Below, one piece after another: positions 1-12,169 of a DNA stretch of 64,000 nucleotides. Numbering within the stretch: position 1 is the stretch's first letter; each line of letters starts with the position of its first letter. The notes under the pieces are model-generated. The model saw only the letters and a list, made by a program, of their open reading frames with translations. It searched no databases and was not told the origin of the DNA. Location: contig NC_086118.1 of NCBI RefSeq assembly GCF_963921235.1, positions 28,024,001 to 28,088,000 of the forward strand, in the 5' to 3' direction. The stretch is from Mobula hypostoma (Eukaryota). Made by a program: the position numbers and the translations under genes.

Positions 1-360
1 ATTGTAACTTATAGTTTTGTATGATTTTCTCTGTACTTATGCCATAAAACAAAGGATTATTAAGTATCCATTAGGAAGGAACCCCATCACCCAAGATATG
101 CCCTCTTCTCATTGTTACCATGAGGAAGGAGGTACAGGGCCTGAAGGCATACACTCAGCAATTCAGGAACATCTTCTTCCCCTCTACCATCCAATTTCTA
201 AATGGACATTAAGCCCATTAACACTACCCCACTTTATTTTTTTTAATCATTTTTTTTCTCTTTTTGCACTGCTATTCTTAATTTACCTATTTAAGTTCCA
301 TATCTATACTTACTGTAATTCATTTTCTCTCTGTATATCTATTTATCTGAAACTTTGATG

Positions 361-655
361 AACTTCTATAGTTGCGTGGTGGAGAGTATACTGACTGGTT
401 ACATTATGGCCTAGTATGGAAAGACTAATGCCCTTGAATGGAAAATACTACAAAAACTAGTGGTCCCTCCCCACCATTGACCACCAAGGAGTGCTGTCAC
501 TTGAAAGCAGCATGCACCTTCAAGAACCCCTGCCATCAAGGCCATGCTCTCCTCTTGCTGCTGCCATTGGTCCGAAGGTAAAGGAACCTTAAGTCCCAGA
601 CCATCAGGTTCAGGAACAGTTATTATATCTCAGCCATCGGATACTAAGCAGAGAG
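361..655 (+). mobile_element. Rex1/Babar-type LINE 3' fragment, decayed
   Basis: Translates to NFYSCVVESILTGYIMA*YGK... and continues into a 'ccatcaggttcaggaacagttat' tail, typical of the Rex1 ORF2 C-terminus; contains stops and indels. Confidence 0.6.
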
Positions 656-2480
656 ATTATTCCAGAAATTTGAACAACACTCTTTAAAAATGCAGCTTTG
701 TTATTTGTACGCCTGTTGCCTCCTTCCCTGCTGGCCAATTGCAGTTTAATCACATTCTTTATATGCCACACCTTCAAAGTTGTGGAACCTAATGTCTCTG
801 CTGTAACTTGGATCCTTTCCCATCTATTTTCCCTAATATCTTTTCTATTCTCTGCTACACAACTAATTAAGTATAGTACCTCCAGCAACTAGACTTCCTT
901 ACAAGTACCATTACTTTAGCATGTTATTCTCGGCTTTCTGTTGCACCCTCAATATCCTCTGCTTTCGCGTTTCCATCAACTGTGGTCAGGTCTGGTGCAG
1001 CCAGCTGGCGTTCATTTCTTAGGTTCTCTGTAATTACACTGATGTCCCACTCTCTCTGGGTGGGCTACAAGAAGGTGAGTTGTACGGTTTAATTTGAGTC
1101 CAGTGTTTTCAATGATTAACTTGCCGAGCCTGCACATAGACTAAGAGTCATTTGTTAAGACTACCGTCTGCGGTCCTAACCATCTGGGAGCAAACCCTGC
1201 CTTTACAGGCTGCACCATCACCAGGATTTGGTCACTCAGCTATGAGATGACTACCTCCTTTCTTTCTGGATCTCTCTGATCTGTAATGTGCTACTGTTGT
1301 TTTGCTCGGTCTTTCAACACTTTACCCTGATTACAGTGGTCCTTCACATCCCCACGTAATCTTATTAAATTGGTAGTTGCGGTTTCTTTCTATACACTTG
1401 TAACTTCTGTTGCTTCTTGCTTGTCTGCTGCCCTCCTCACACAGAGGTCTATCCACTCGCTCGCTTTTGGCTCCTTACTATCTCCTTTCTGGCGAGCCTT
1501 TACTGTAATCACCTCAGGCAGCTGCACTACGTCAAACAGCTCCTGACTGTGCTTGGCTCCTCCCCTGGGGACCTCCTGACATGATTCCCTCATATCGCCT
1601 TGTCTCTCCGCCCTGCTTGGGGCTGCTCTCTCTCCGTGGGCCATGTTAGCTGCTTTGCAGGTCACACACTTTGCTCTCCCTCTCTTGTCCATGTTATTTC
1701 TCCTTTTCCTAAGTCTGTGATCGCACCTGCTTTACTCAGTGCTTTGATTTCCAGGGTGTTGCTTTTAATGTTTGGGCACACCCAGAAATCTACAGCAAGA
1801 TGCACTCTCTCAATGTCAAGTACCCGGGGCTGACTCCTCTTCACCCTCATTGTTTCGCCTCCTGCACTGGTAATGTAATTCACCTCTCTAGTCGTGGGCA
1901 AGGGTAGATCATGTTATTGATACTGACGACCCTGTGTCCACTAATATTTCACGTTGCTAGCCCCCGAATAAATCTCTTGTGTATATCCGTGGATAACCAT
2001 CACTGGCAACAGAGGCTGTCACCAGCCATTTGTTTGATCTCACCAACTCTATAATCCGGTCAGCAGTCAAATCGAAAAGAGAGCGTGCTGCTATGGATTC
2101 TGCCTGCTTCGGTGAGTGATTTTCATACTTACACTGTTCCTCAGAGCCCTACGTCCAACCTTGGTCTGAGAAGCCACAGCTGTAACAAATCATCTCCTTT
2201 ACCCTCCCACGTCTATTCCAGCAGTTCCCTGCAATGTGCCCTGGCTGCTGGCATTCAAAGCAAGTTCTCAGCAGCTACATTCACTACAGCCACTTTACGA
2301 CTTCCCCTGCCCCTCCTCTGGTCTCTCCCACTGGTCCATGACACTATTGCTGAGTAGGTCACCACTATCCTGAAATCTAAAACTTCCTGTTGGCTGTGCT
2401 CAGACACAGATTTTCCTTCAGTATTTTCAGGAAGACTGGGTTTTCTCTCCCTGGGATTATCCAACCCTGAATCATTCCTC
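610..2480 (-). mobile_element. Collapsed, degenerate endogenous retrovirus (gamma/epsilon-like), RT not detected
   Basis: Minus-strand motifs in retroviral order: CCHC knuckle CFECQQPGHIAGNC (2262-2221); protease ILVDTGSSVSIT (DTG 1938-1930) plus ORF 1662-1901; RNase H C-terminus-like LFDVVQLPEVITVKARQKGDSKEPKASEWIDLCVRRAA (~1539-1426); integrase C-terminus PRWLGPQTVVLTN (1188-1150) and KHWTQIKPY (1108-1082); possible env remnant 888-610. Confidence 0.75.
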
Positions 2481-3466
2481 ATACATGTACACACACACAC
2501 ACACAAACTTTTATAACTACCAGTTCAACTCCCACCATGTTCATATTACCTAACGATCCTGTAGCCACCAACCTGAACAGTCCAAGCGCGAGTGCTAATT
2601 TTAAAAATACTCACCCACTTAGACTGCTGAAATTGCTGATCGTACAATGGGTCATGAAGGCCTTACAGACGAGCCCCCAACATCGCTGTGTGAACAAAGT
2701 CACCAGGGAGAAGTACTAATAGCTATGAAGCAGTCACTTTATTCATCAAAATGAGGCACAGCAGGTATCATATGGAGATCCTTTCAGAGGAAAAGACCTG
2801 CTCGACCCAACACCTCACAACATTTGATGTGCTGAAGATCAAAGGACAATTCCGTATTTACAATGCATCCACAATGCTTCCTTTCAACTACTCACAAACT
2901 TCAAATTTGCCCCTTCGCACCCACACCACTGACATTTAAATGCATTTTAATCAGCATTGTCTGGTCTTCCCATGAACCGTGATTCAGGGTTTTCAGGGAC
3001 CCATTGTTCAGAACAGCATTTTAAATTTAATCTACAGTCTATGTCCACATTTGAAGATTGGTGGTGGAAATCAGTTGCCGAAGTTAACAGAATCAGAATC
3101 AGAATCAGGTTTATTATCAACGGAATGCAACGTGAAATTTGTTAACTTAGCAGCAACAATTCAATGCAATACATAATCTAGCAGAGAGAAAAAAATAAAT
3201 AAAATAAAACATAATAAATAGACAAGTAAATCAATTATATATATTAAATAGATTTTTAAAACCGTGCAGAAACAGAAATAGTCTATATTAAAATAAGTGA
3301 GGTAGTGTGCAAACATTCAATGTCCATTTAGGAATCGGACGGCAGAGGGGAAGAAGCTGTTCCTGAATCGCTGAGTGTGTGCCTTCAGGCTTCTGTACCT
3401 CCTACCTGCTGGTAACAGTGAGAAAAAAGCATGCCCTGGGTGCTGGAGGCCCTTAATAATGGACAC

Positions 3467-4370
3467 AAAATATTCTGCAGATGCTGGGGTCAAAGTAACA
3501 CTCACAACACGCTGGAGGGACTCAGCAGGTCGGGCAGCATCCGTGGAAACGATGAGTCGACGTTTCGGGCCGGAACCCTTCCTCAGGACTGTAGAGGGAA
3601 GGAGCAGAGGCCCTATAAAGAAGGTGGGGGGAGGGTGGGAAGGAGAAGGCTGGTAGGTACCAGGTGAAAAACCAGTAAGGGGAAAGATAAAGGGGTGGGG
3701 GAGGGGAAGCAGAGAGGTGATAGGCAGGAAAGGTGAAGAAGGAATAGGGGAAAACACAATGGGTAGTAGAAGGAGGCGGAACCATGAGGGAGGTGATAGG
3801 CAGCTGGGGGAGGGGGCAGAGTGACATAGAGACAGAGGAAGGGAGGGGGAGGGAATTACCGGAAGTTGGAGAATTCTATGTTCATACCAAGGGGCTGGAG
3901 ACTACCTAGACGGTATATGAGGTGTTGCTCCTCCAACCTGAGTTTAGCCTCATCATGGCAGTAAAGGCCATGTATGGACATATCTGAATGGCAGTGGGAA
4001 GCAGAGTTGAAGTGGGTGGCTACAGGGAGATCCTGTCTGTTTTGGCGGACGGAGTGGAGGTGCTCAACGAAGCGGTCCCCCAATCTGCGTCGGGTTTCAC
4101 CGATGTAGAGGAGGCCGCACCGGGAGCACCGGATGCAATAGATGACCCCAACAGACTCACAAGTGAAGTGTTGCCTCACCTGGAAGGACTGTTTGGGGCC
4201 CTGAGTGGTGGCAAGAGAGGAGGTGTAGGGACAGGTGTAGCACTTACGCTTACAGGGATAAGTGCCAGGTGGGAGATCCGTGGGGAGGGACGTGTGGATC
4301 AGGGAGTCGCGGTGGGACCGATCCCTGCGGAAAGCGGAGAGGGGTGGAGAGGGAAAGATGTGCTTGGTGG
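3467..4370 (-). mobile_element. 5'-truncated Penelope-like element (GIY-YIG endonuclease end plus terminal repeat)
   Basis: ORF 3856-4383 VIYCIRCSRCGLLYIGETRRRLGDRFVEH...MNIEFSNFR; perfect 13-bp TSD TAATAATGGACAC at 3454-3466 and 4371-4383. Confidence 0.92.
3555..3590 (-). ncRNA. Minimal type-I hammerhead ribozyme in Penelope terminal repeat (intact)
   Basis: Minus strand reads AGTC-CTGAGGA-A-GGG-TTCCGG-CCC-GAAA-CGT-C-GACT: CUGANGA and GAAA core, stem I AGTC/GACT, stem II GGG/CCC, palindromic ACGU helix III. Confidence 0.8.
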
Positions 4371-4474
4371 TAATAATGGACACTACCTTTCTGAGACACT
4401 GCTCCCTGAAGATGTCTTATGTGCTAAGTTATATGTGCTAACCGCAAATATATCCTAACAATCACTAAAATATT

Positions 4475-5690
4475 TGAATTTGAATTTATTTAAATCTTAC
4501 ATCCATCCCACAATGTGAGGGAGTAAAAATCTTTGCGTGATGACTCCGTTGCAATGTACAGGCATGTGAATTTAAAAGTCTAATGGTTTGTAGAAGGAAG
4601 CTGTCCTGTAGCCTGTTGGTTCTGGCTTTAATGCTGCGGTACTATTTGCCAGATGGAAGCAGCTGAAACAGTTTATGGTTGGGTTGACTGGTGTCGCCAA
4701 TGATCTTCCAGGCCTTCTTTCTGCACCTGCTGCCATAAACGTCCTCAATGGAGGGAAGTTCACATCCACAGATCCACTGGATTGTCCGTACCATGTTCTG
4801 CAGTGCCCAGCAATCAAGATTAGTGCAGTTCCCATACCAGCTGGTGATACAGCCAGTCAGGATGCTCTCAGTAGGGCCCCTGTGGAAGGATTATGGGGAT
4901 TTCGGGGATTATGCCAAATTTCTTCAATTGCCTGAGGTGGAAGAGACGCCGCAATGCTTTTTTTTTGCCACAAAGCCTGTGTGTACAGTCCAGTTACGAT
5001 CTTCAGTGATGCGTACACTGAGGAACTTGAAACTACTCACCCTCTCAACTGCAGCCCCATTGATGTTGATCAGGGGTGAGCCTGTCTCCGTTCCTCCTGT
5101 AATCACGATCAGCTTCTTTGTTTTTTGGACACTGAGGAAGAGGTTGTTATCTTGGCGCCACTGTGTCAGCGTGTTAACCACTTATCTGTAGGCTGTCTTG
5201 TCACCGCTAGAAATAAGACCAATCGATGTCGTGTCACCTGCAAATTTGATCGGCAGATTGGAGCTGTGTGTGGCAGCACAGTTGTGGGTGTAAAGGGAGT
5301 AGAGAAGGGGACTCAGGACACAATCCTGGGGGCATCTGTGTTGAGGGTCAGAGGGGCAGAGGGGCAGAGGTGAGGGAACCCATCCTTACCACCTGTCGGC
5401 AATCCAATAGGAAGTCTAGGATCCAGCTGCACACGGCAGGGTGCAGGCCGAGGTCTCCGGGCTTCCTGTCGACTCTGGAGAGAATAATGGCGTCAAGTGC
5501 TCAGGAACAGCATTCTAACATGCACATCCCTCTTACCAGGTGAGTGAAGACAGTGTGTAGTGCTGTGGTATGGTGTAATGGGTAGACCGGTTCCGTCAGT
5601 AGGCAAATTGTAAGGGGTCCAGTGTAGCTGAGGGCACGCTGCAGATATAATCTTTAAACAGCCTTTCTAAGCACTTGCTTATTGTTGAGG
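4475..5690 (-). mobile_element. Rex1/Babar LINE, RT C-terminal half and 3' end, decayed
   Basis: NTLTQWRQDNNLFLSVQKTKKLIV...INGAAVERVSSFKFLSVRITED; frameshifted; (TTTGAA)n-like tail at 4475. Confidence 0.8.
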
Positions 5691-5804
5691 TGAGTGCAAC
5701 AGGGCTCACTTTAGCGTGAGAGAGCTGGCAATTCTAAAATTTAAGGATAAAGCCACATAATAGACATGGTTTAGTGTGAAATTTCTTATTCTCATTGGTT
5801 TGAG

Positions 5805-5903
5805 TCGTGGTATGGTATGGTCAGGAAAGGGAAGATTTATCTCTCATAATGACTAACTGGAGGTTTGGAAGAGGAGCATTGGATCCTCTTCAGCAGCTGA
5901 TCG
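5805..5903 (+). CDS. Candidate internal exon of an unidentified gene
   Basis: Open frame VVWYGQEREDLSLIMTNWRFGRGALDPLQQLI ending in phase 1 at a strong donor CG|GTGAGT; acceptor ambiguous (GAG at 5804 or CAG at 5824). Confidence 0.3.
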
Positions 5904-6949
5904 GTGAGTTCAGTGTGTCTGATATAAAAAAGGTATTTTTGAATGGAACATGAAGGTGGAGATGGCCCAATCTGGAATGTTTACCATGCTATCAATTGAA
6001 TGGGATAAGTATCAATTAGCTTCTAATAGTGCAACCATACAAGGTTGCATTAATAAAAATCTTTCTTATTGTCTACATGCCTTTAAAATCAAGCACGCAC
6101 GCAAAACTCACACAAATAAAATCATGACAAGCAGGTGACAGCCCGCTTCAGGGCTCTACTGACATACACCCACACATGTCTAACAATCAACTGCAGATTC
6201 ACACCTTTGCGCAAATGACAATACTCATACAACTAAATAAATATCCTCCATCTCGGAAGAGGGCACCAGACACATCATCCCATTATCGTCTTTGTGCTCA
6301 TCCTGCACACTTCTGGATTACATAAAATGGTAAATAAATATAAGTAGAGGTCTTGTGTTTAGAAGTAGAGGGACTGGGTTGGGTAAGGAGACCTCTCAAG
6401 ATAGAATACCGCATGAGGGTCTTTTGTACTGTTGGTCTGTAGGAATGTAACAGAACCCTACTTGAAGCATTGACTATGAATGAAGGAATAAAAAGGCTTT
6501 GCATGGTATACTTCTGTAAATACTTTTTATTATGAATAAAGTTTGTATTGACATTAAAATTTCTATCACTCATGAACTTTTCCACTCTCCATAACGTCAT
6601 GCATGATCCATTCTTCACTCAACAGTCTCCCTTGCTCTACCTGTAACACTCATTGCCATGCTGTAAAAATCTTTTTGCAGTTCATTTGAAAGGTCACTGC
6701 TCCAAATGAACGTTTTGCTTGCTTGAAGCTCCAGTTCAGAGAGTTCAAGCAGTAAAAAGGCAAATAAAAAAGTTGCAGATGCTGGGAATCCAGAACAAAA
6801 GAAGGAAAAAAAAACAAGACTATTTGATTTGAAGGCAGTTTGTACATGTTTTGTTTGTATTTCTTTCCCCACGTTACCCATGCAGATCTACAGTACTTTG
6901 AGCCCTCGAATTGTTTAAGGAAGGAGCTATTCAAAAAATTTACTTTCAA

Positions 6950-7126
6950 GGTGTGGTACAGTAGTGTTGCCATTAACGTAATGCTTTACAATAGCTGTGA
7001 CCTGGGTTAAATTTCTGCTACTGTCTATAAGGAGGAGTTCATGCGTTCTCCCTGTGAATGCATGAGTTCCCTCCAGCTGCTGCAGTTTTCTCCCATATTT
7101 CAAAGACATACAGGATAGTAGTTTTA
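6950..7126 (+). mobile_element. HE1/V-SINE-like element split by a Penelope insertion (resumes ~8321-8340)
   Basis: V-domain-like core 'gttcatgcgttctccctgtgaatgcatgagttccctccagctgctgcagttttctcccatatttcaaagac'. Confidence 0.6.
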
Positions 7127-7230
7127 AAATGCAAACAACAGGAATTCTGCAGATGCTGAAAATTCAAGCAACACACATAAAAGTTGCTGGTGAATGCAGC
7201 AGGCCAGGCAGCATCTCTAGGAAGAGGTCC

Positions 7231-7266
7231 AGTCGACGTTTCAGGCCGAGACCCTTCGTCAGGACT
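7231..7266 (-). ncRNA. Minimal hammerhead ribozyme (intact)
   Basis: AGTC-CTGACGA-A-GGG-TCTCGG-CCT-GAAA-CGT-C-GACT. Confidence 0.8.
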
Positions 7267-8227
7267 AACTGAAGGAAGAGTGAGTAAGGGATTTGAAAGT
7301 TGGAGGGGGAGGAGGAGATCCAAAATGATAGGAAAAGACAGGAGGGGGAGGGCTGGAGCCGAGAGCTGGACAGGTGATTGGCAAAAAGGATACGAGAGGA
7401 TCATGGGACAGGAGGTCTGGGAAGAAAGACAGGGGGGGGGAACCCAGGGGACGGGCAAGGGGTATATTCAGAGGGACAGAGGGAGAAAAAGGAGAGTGAG
7501 AGAAAGAATGTGTGTATAAAAATAACGGATGGGGTACGAGGGGGAGGTGGGGCATTAGCGGAAGTTAGAGAAGTCGATGTTCATGCCATCAGGTTGGAGG
7601 CTACCCAGACAGAATACAAGGTGTTGTTCCTCCAACCTGAGTGTGGCTTCGTCTGTACAGTAGAGGAGGCCTTTTATATATTGGCGAGACCCGACGCAGA
7701 CTGGAAGACCGCTTTGCTGAACACCTGCGCTCTGTCCGCCAGAGAAAGCAAGATCTCCCAGTGGCCACACATTTTAATTCCACATCTCATTCCCATTCTG
7801 ACATGTCTATCCACGGCCTCCTCTACTGTAAAGATGAAGCCACACTCAGGTTGGAGGAACAACACCTTATATTCCGTCTGGGTAGCCTCCAACCTGATGG
7901 CATGAACATCGACTTCTTTAACTTCCGCTAATGCCCCACCTCTGCCTCGTACCCCATCTGTTACTTATTTTTATACACACATTCTTTCTCTCACTCTCCT
8001 TTTTCTCCCTCTGTCCCTCTGAATATACCCCTTGCCCATCCTCTGGGTCCCCCCCCCCACCCCGTCTTTCTTCCCGGACCTCCTGTCCCATGATCCTCTC
8101 GTATCCCTTTTGCCTATCACCTGTCCAGCACTTGGCTCCATCCCTCCCCCTCCTGTCTTCTCCTATCATTTTGGATCTCCCACTCCCCCTCCAACTTTCA
8201 AATCCCTTACTCACTCTTCCTTCAGTT

Positions 8228-8263
8228 AGTCCTGACGAAGGGTCTCGGGCTGAAACGTCGACT
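8228..8263 (+). ncRNA. Minimal hammerhead ribozyme (stem II disrupted)
   Basis: AGTC-CTGACGA-A-GGG-TCTCGG-GCT-GAAA-CGT-C-GACT. Confidence 0.6.
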
Positions 8264-8364
8264 GCACCTCTTCCTAGAGATGCTGCCTGGTCTGCTGCGT
8301 TCACCAGGATAGTAGTTTTATCGGTCACTTGGATGCACTGTGCTATATCTCTAAATAAAAAATA

Positions 8365-11320
8365 AAATGTCAACACGAGGAAATCTGCAGATGCTGGAAG
8401 TTCAAGCAACACACACAAAAAACGCTGATGAATGCAGCAGGCCAGGCAGCATCTATAGAAAGAGGTACAGTCGAAGTTTCAGGCCGAGACCCTTCGTCAG
8501 GACGAACTGAAAGAAGAGATAGTTAGAGATTTGAAAGTGGGAGGGGGAGGGGGAGATCCGAAATGATAGGAGAAGACAGGAGGGGAAGGGATGGAGCTAA
8601 GAGCTGGAAAGTTGATTGACAAAAGGGATATGAGAAGGGAGAGGATCATGGGACGGGAGGCCTGGGCAGAAAGAAGGGCGGTGGGGGGGGGGGAGACCAG
8701 AGGATGAGCAAGGAGCTATAGTGAGAGGACAGAGGGAGAAAAAAAAGGGGGAAATAATTAATTAATTAAATAAATAAGGGATGGGGTATGGAGGGCAGGT
8801 GGGGCATTAGCGGAAGTTAGAGAAGTCAATGTTCATGCCATCAGGTTGGAGGCTACCCAGACAGAATATAAGGTGTTGTTCCTCCAACCTGAGTGTGGCT
8901 TCATCTTGACAGCAGAGGAGGCCGTGGATAGACATATCAGAATGGGAATGGGACGTGGAATTAAAATGTATGGCCACTGGGAGATCCTGCTTTCTCTGGC
9001 GGACAGAGCGTAGGTGTTCAGCGAAATGGTCTCCCAGCCTGCGTTGGGTCTTGCCAATATATAGAAGGCCGCATCGGGAGCACCGGACGCAGTATATCAC
9101 CCCAGCCGACTCACAGGTGAAGTGACGCCTCATCTGGAACGACTGTCTGGGGCCCTGAATGGTGGTAAGGGAGGAAGTGTAAGGGCATGTGTAGCACTTG
9201 TTCTGCTTACAAGGATAAGTGCCAGAAGGGGGATCGGTGGGAAGGGATGGGGGGAACGAATGAATAAGGGAGTCGCGTAGGGAGTGATCCCTGCGGAAAG
9301 CAAAAGGAGGGGGCACTGGGAAAGATGTGCTTAGTGGTGGGATCCCGTTGGAGGTGGCGGAAATTACGAAGAATTATATGTTGGACCTGAAGGCTGGTGG
9401 GGTGGCAGGTGAGGACAAGGGGAACCCTGTTCCTAGTGGGATGGCAGGAGGATGGGGTGAGGGCAGATGTGTGTGAAATGGGAGAGGTGTGTTTGAGAGC
9501 AAAGTCGGTGGTGGAAGAAGGGAAGCCCCTTTCTTTAAAAAAGGAGGACATCTCCTTCGTCCTGGAATGAAAAGCCTCATCCTGAGAGCAGATGCGGCAG
9601 AGACGGAGGAATTGCGAGAAGGGGATGGCATTTTTGCAAGAGACAGGGTGAGAAGAGGAATAGTCCAAGTAGCTGTGAGAGTCCGTAGGCTTATAGTAGA
9701 CATCAGTAGATAAGCTGTCTCCTGAGATAGAGTCAGAAAGATCAAGAAAGGGGAGGGAGGTGTCAGAAGTGGACCAGGTAAACTTGAGGGCAGGGTGAAA
9801 GTTGCAGACAAAGTTAATGAAGTCAACGAGCTCAACATATGTGCAGGAAGCAGTGCCAATACAGGTCGTCAATGTAGCGAAGGAAAAGTGGGGGACAGAT
9901 ACCAGAATAGGCTTGGAAGATGGATTGTTCCACAAAGCCAACAAAAAGACAGGTATAGCTAGGACCCATACGGGTACCCATGGCTACACCTTTAGTTTGG
10001 AGGAAGTGGGAGGAACCAAAGGAGAAATTATTAAGAGTAAGGACAAATTCCGCTAGACGGAGGAGAGTGGTGGTAGAGGGGAACTGGTTAGGTCTGGAAT
10101 CCAAAAAGAAGCAGAGAGCTTTGAGACCTTCCTGGTGGGGGATGGAGGTATATAGGGACTGGACATCCATGGTGAAAATAAAGTGGTGGGGGCCAGGGAA
10201 CTTAAAATCATTGAAAAAATTCAGAGTGTGAGAGGTGTCACGAACATAGGTGGGAAGGGATTCAACAAGGGGGGAGTGTCGAGGTATGCAGAAATGAGTT
10301 TGGTGGGGCAGGAGCAAGCTGAGACAATGGGACCACCTGGACAGGCAGGTTTGTAGATCTTGAGTAGGAGGTAGAAACGGGAAGTGCGGGGTGTGGGAAC
10401 TATAAGGTTGGTAGCAGTGGATGGGAGATCCCCTGAGCTGATAAAGTTGGTGATGGTGTGGGAGACAATGGCCTGATGCTCTTTAGTGGGGTCATGATCA
10501 AGGGGTAAATAAGAGGAGGTATCCGCGAGTTGTCATTGTGCCTCAGCAGTACGCCAGACTACAAAAGCACCCCCCTTATCGGCGGGTTTTATAGCAAGGT
10601 TAGGATTAGTGCGGAGGGAGTGGAGAGCAGAGCGTTCTGAAAGAGTGAGGTTGGAATGGGAACAAGGTGGTGAAATCGAGACGGTTGATGTCCCATCGGC
10701 AGTTAGCAATAAAGAGATCCAGAGCAGGCAGAAGCCCAGAGTTGGGTGTCCATTAAGAGGAGGAGGGTTGAAGACGGGAGAAGGGTTCATCGGTGGGGGT
10801 GGGAGAGTCATTGCCAAAGAATTAGGCTTGAAGACGGAGCTGGCGGAAGAAGAGTTCAGCATCATGGCGAACACGGAACTCGCTGAGGTGTGGGCGAAGG
10901 GGGACAAAGGTACAGCCCTTATTGAGGATAGAGCACTCTGCATCAGAGAGTTGAAGGTCATAGGGGATGGTAAAGACCCAGCAGAGATGAGAAGTGGGAT
11001 CAGAGGGGGGAGGGGAGGGAGGCTGGTAGTGTCAGTGGAGAGGGGAGGGTTGGGGTGAGAGGAAGAAGGAGCCTCTGAGGGCCCCCTCCCCCTTTCTTTC
11101 TCCCTGGGCCTCCCGTTCCATGATCCTCTCCCTTCTCCAGCCTTGTATCCCTTTTGCCAATCAACTTTCCAGCTCTTAGCTCCATCCCTCCCCCTCCTGT
11201 CTTCTCCTATCATTTTGGATCTCCCCCTCCCCCTCCCACTTTCAAATCTCGTACTATCTCTTCTTTCAGTTAGTCCTGACGAAGGGTCTCGGCCCGAAAT
11301 GTCAACTGTACCTCTTCCTA
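8365..11320 (-). mobile_element. Near-full-length Penelope-like retroelement (RT plus GIY-YIG), frameshifted, with an inverted terminal repeat at its 5' end
   Basis: Fragments 10533-11060 (…LAIKPADKGGAFVVW), 9832-10317 (MDVQSLYTSIPH…GVAMGTRMGPSY…FLRYIDD), 9207-9944 (FLDL…YYKPTDSHSYLDYSSSHP), 8807-9316 (GIY-YIG); 11063-11320 is the reverse complement of 8460-8700; variant hammerheads at 8469-8504 (-) and 11272-11307 (+). Confidence 0.95.
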
Positions 11321-11345
11321 TAATCAGCGACATGTCTGTAATCAT

Positions 11346-12100
11346 GTAAGTCAAGTCAAGTCAAGTCAAGTCACTTTTTATTGTCATTTCAATCATGACT
11401 GCTGGTACAGTACACAGTAAAAACAAGACAACATTTTTCAGGACCATGGTGCTACATGAAACAATACAAAAACTACACTAGACTATGTAAAACAACACAA
11501 AAACGACACTAGACTACAGACCTACCCAGAACTGCAAAAAGTGCACAAAATAGTGCCGGCATTGCAATAAATAATAAACAAGACAATAGGCACAGTAGAG
11601 GGCAGTAGGTTGGTGTCTGTCCAGGCTCTGGGTATTGAGGAGTCTGATGGCTTGGGGGAAGAAACTGTTACATAGTCTGATCGTGACAGCCCGAATACTT
11701 TGGTGCCTTTTTCCAGATGGCAGGAGGGAGAAAAGTTTGTATGAGGGGTGTGTGGGGTCCTTCATAATGCTGTTTGCTTTACGGATGCAACGTGTGGAAT
11801 AAATGTCCGTAATAGCAGGAGGAGAAACCCCGATGATCTTCTCAGCTGACCTCACTATCCGTTGCAGGGTCTTGCGATCCGAGATGGTGCAATTTCCGAA
11901 CCAGGCCGTGATGCAGCTCAATACAACCTCTGTAGAATGTGGTGAGGATGGGGGGTGGGAGATGGACTGTTCTCAGCCTTCGCAGAAAGTAGAGATGCTA
12001 CTGGGCTTTCTTTGCTATGGAGCTGGTGTTGAGGGACCAGGTGAGATTCTCCGCCAGGTGAACACCAAGAAATATGATGTTTTTAACAATCCCTGAGGAG
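11346..12100 (-). mobile_element. Rex1/Babar LINE 3' fragment
   Basis: SCITAWFGNCTISDRKTLQRIVRSAEKIIG…LFSLLPSGKRHQSIRAVTIRLCNSFFPQAIRLLN; (AAGTC)n tail at 11347-11372. Confidence 0.85.
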
Positions 12101-12169
12101 GAGTCGTCGACATTCAGCGGAGAGTGGTCACTCCGTGTAAGAGGTTGTCCATAGAGCTCCTTTGTGGTA

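Larger units (their letters stand above)
3088..4430 (-). mobile_element. Rex1/Babar LINE 3' end interrupted by a Penelope element
   Basis: (CAGAAT)n tail at 3088; HPGHAFFSLLPAGRRYRSLKAHTQRFRNSFFPSAVRFLNGH; element resumes at 4384 after the insertion. Confidence 0.75.
7127..8304. mobile_element. Fold-back Penelope insertion (two inverted 3' ends)
   Basis: Inverted arms ~7187-7671 and ~7815-8307; GIY-YIG C-terminus on both strands (ORFs 7555-7770 - and 7641-7931 +); perfect 16-bp TSD CAGGATAGTAGTTTTA at 7111-7126 and 8305-8320. Confidence 0.92.

Noticed and set aside
17-358. 113-aa ORF with a hydrophobic end
   Set aside because: Spans a reverse Rex1 3' fragment and its T-rich UTR
7039-8418. 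Many 100-175 aa ORFs on both strands (also 14077-14843, 10609-11349)
   Set aside because: Alternative-frame or antisense readings of purine/pyrimidine-skewed Penelope terminal repeats
11514-11921. ALKBH8-like (DUF1891) host gene
   Set aside because: This is the Rex1/Babar ORF2 C-terminus, present many times here with simple-repeat tails
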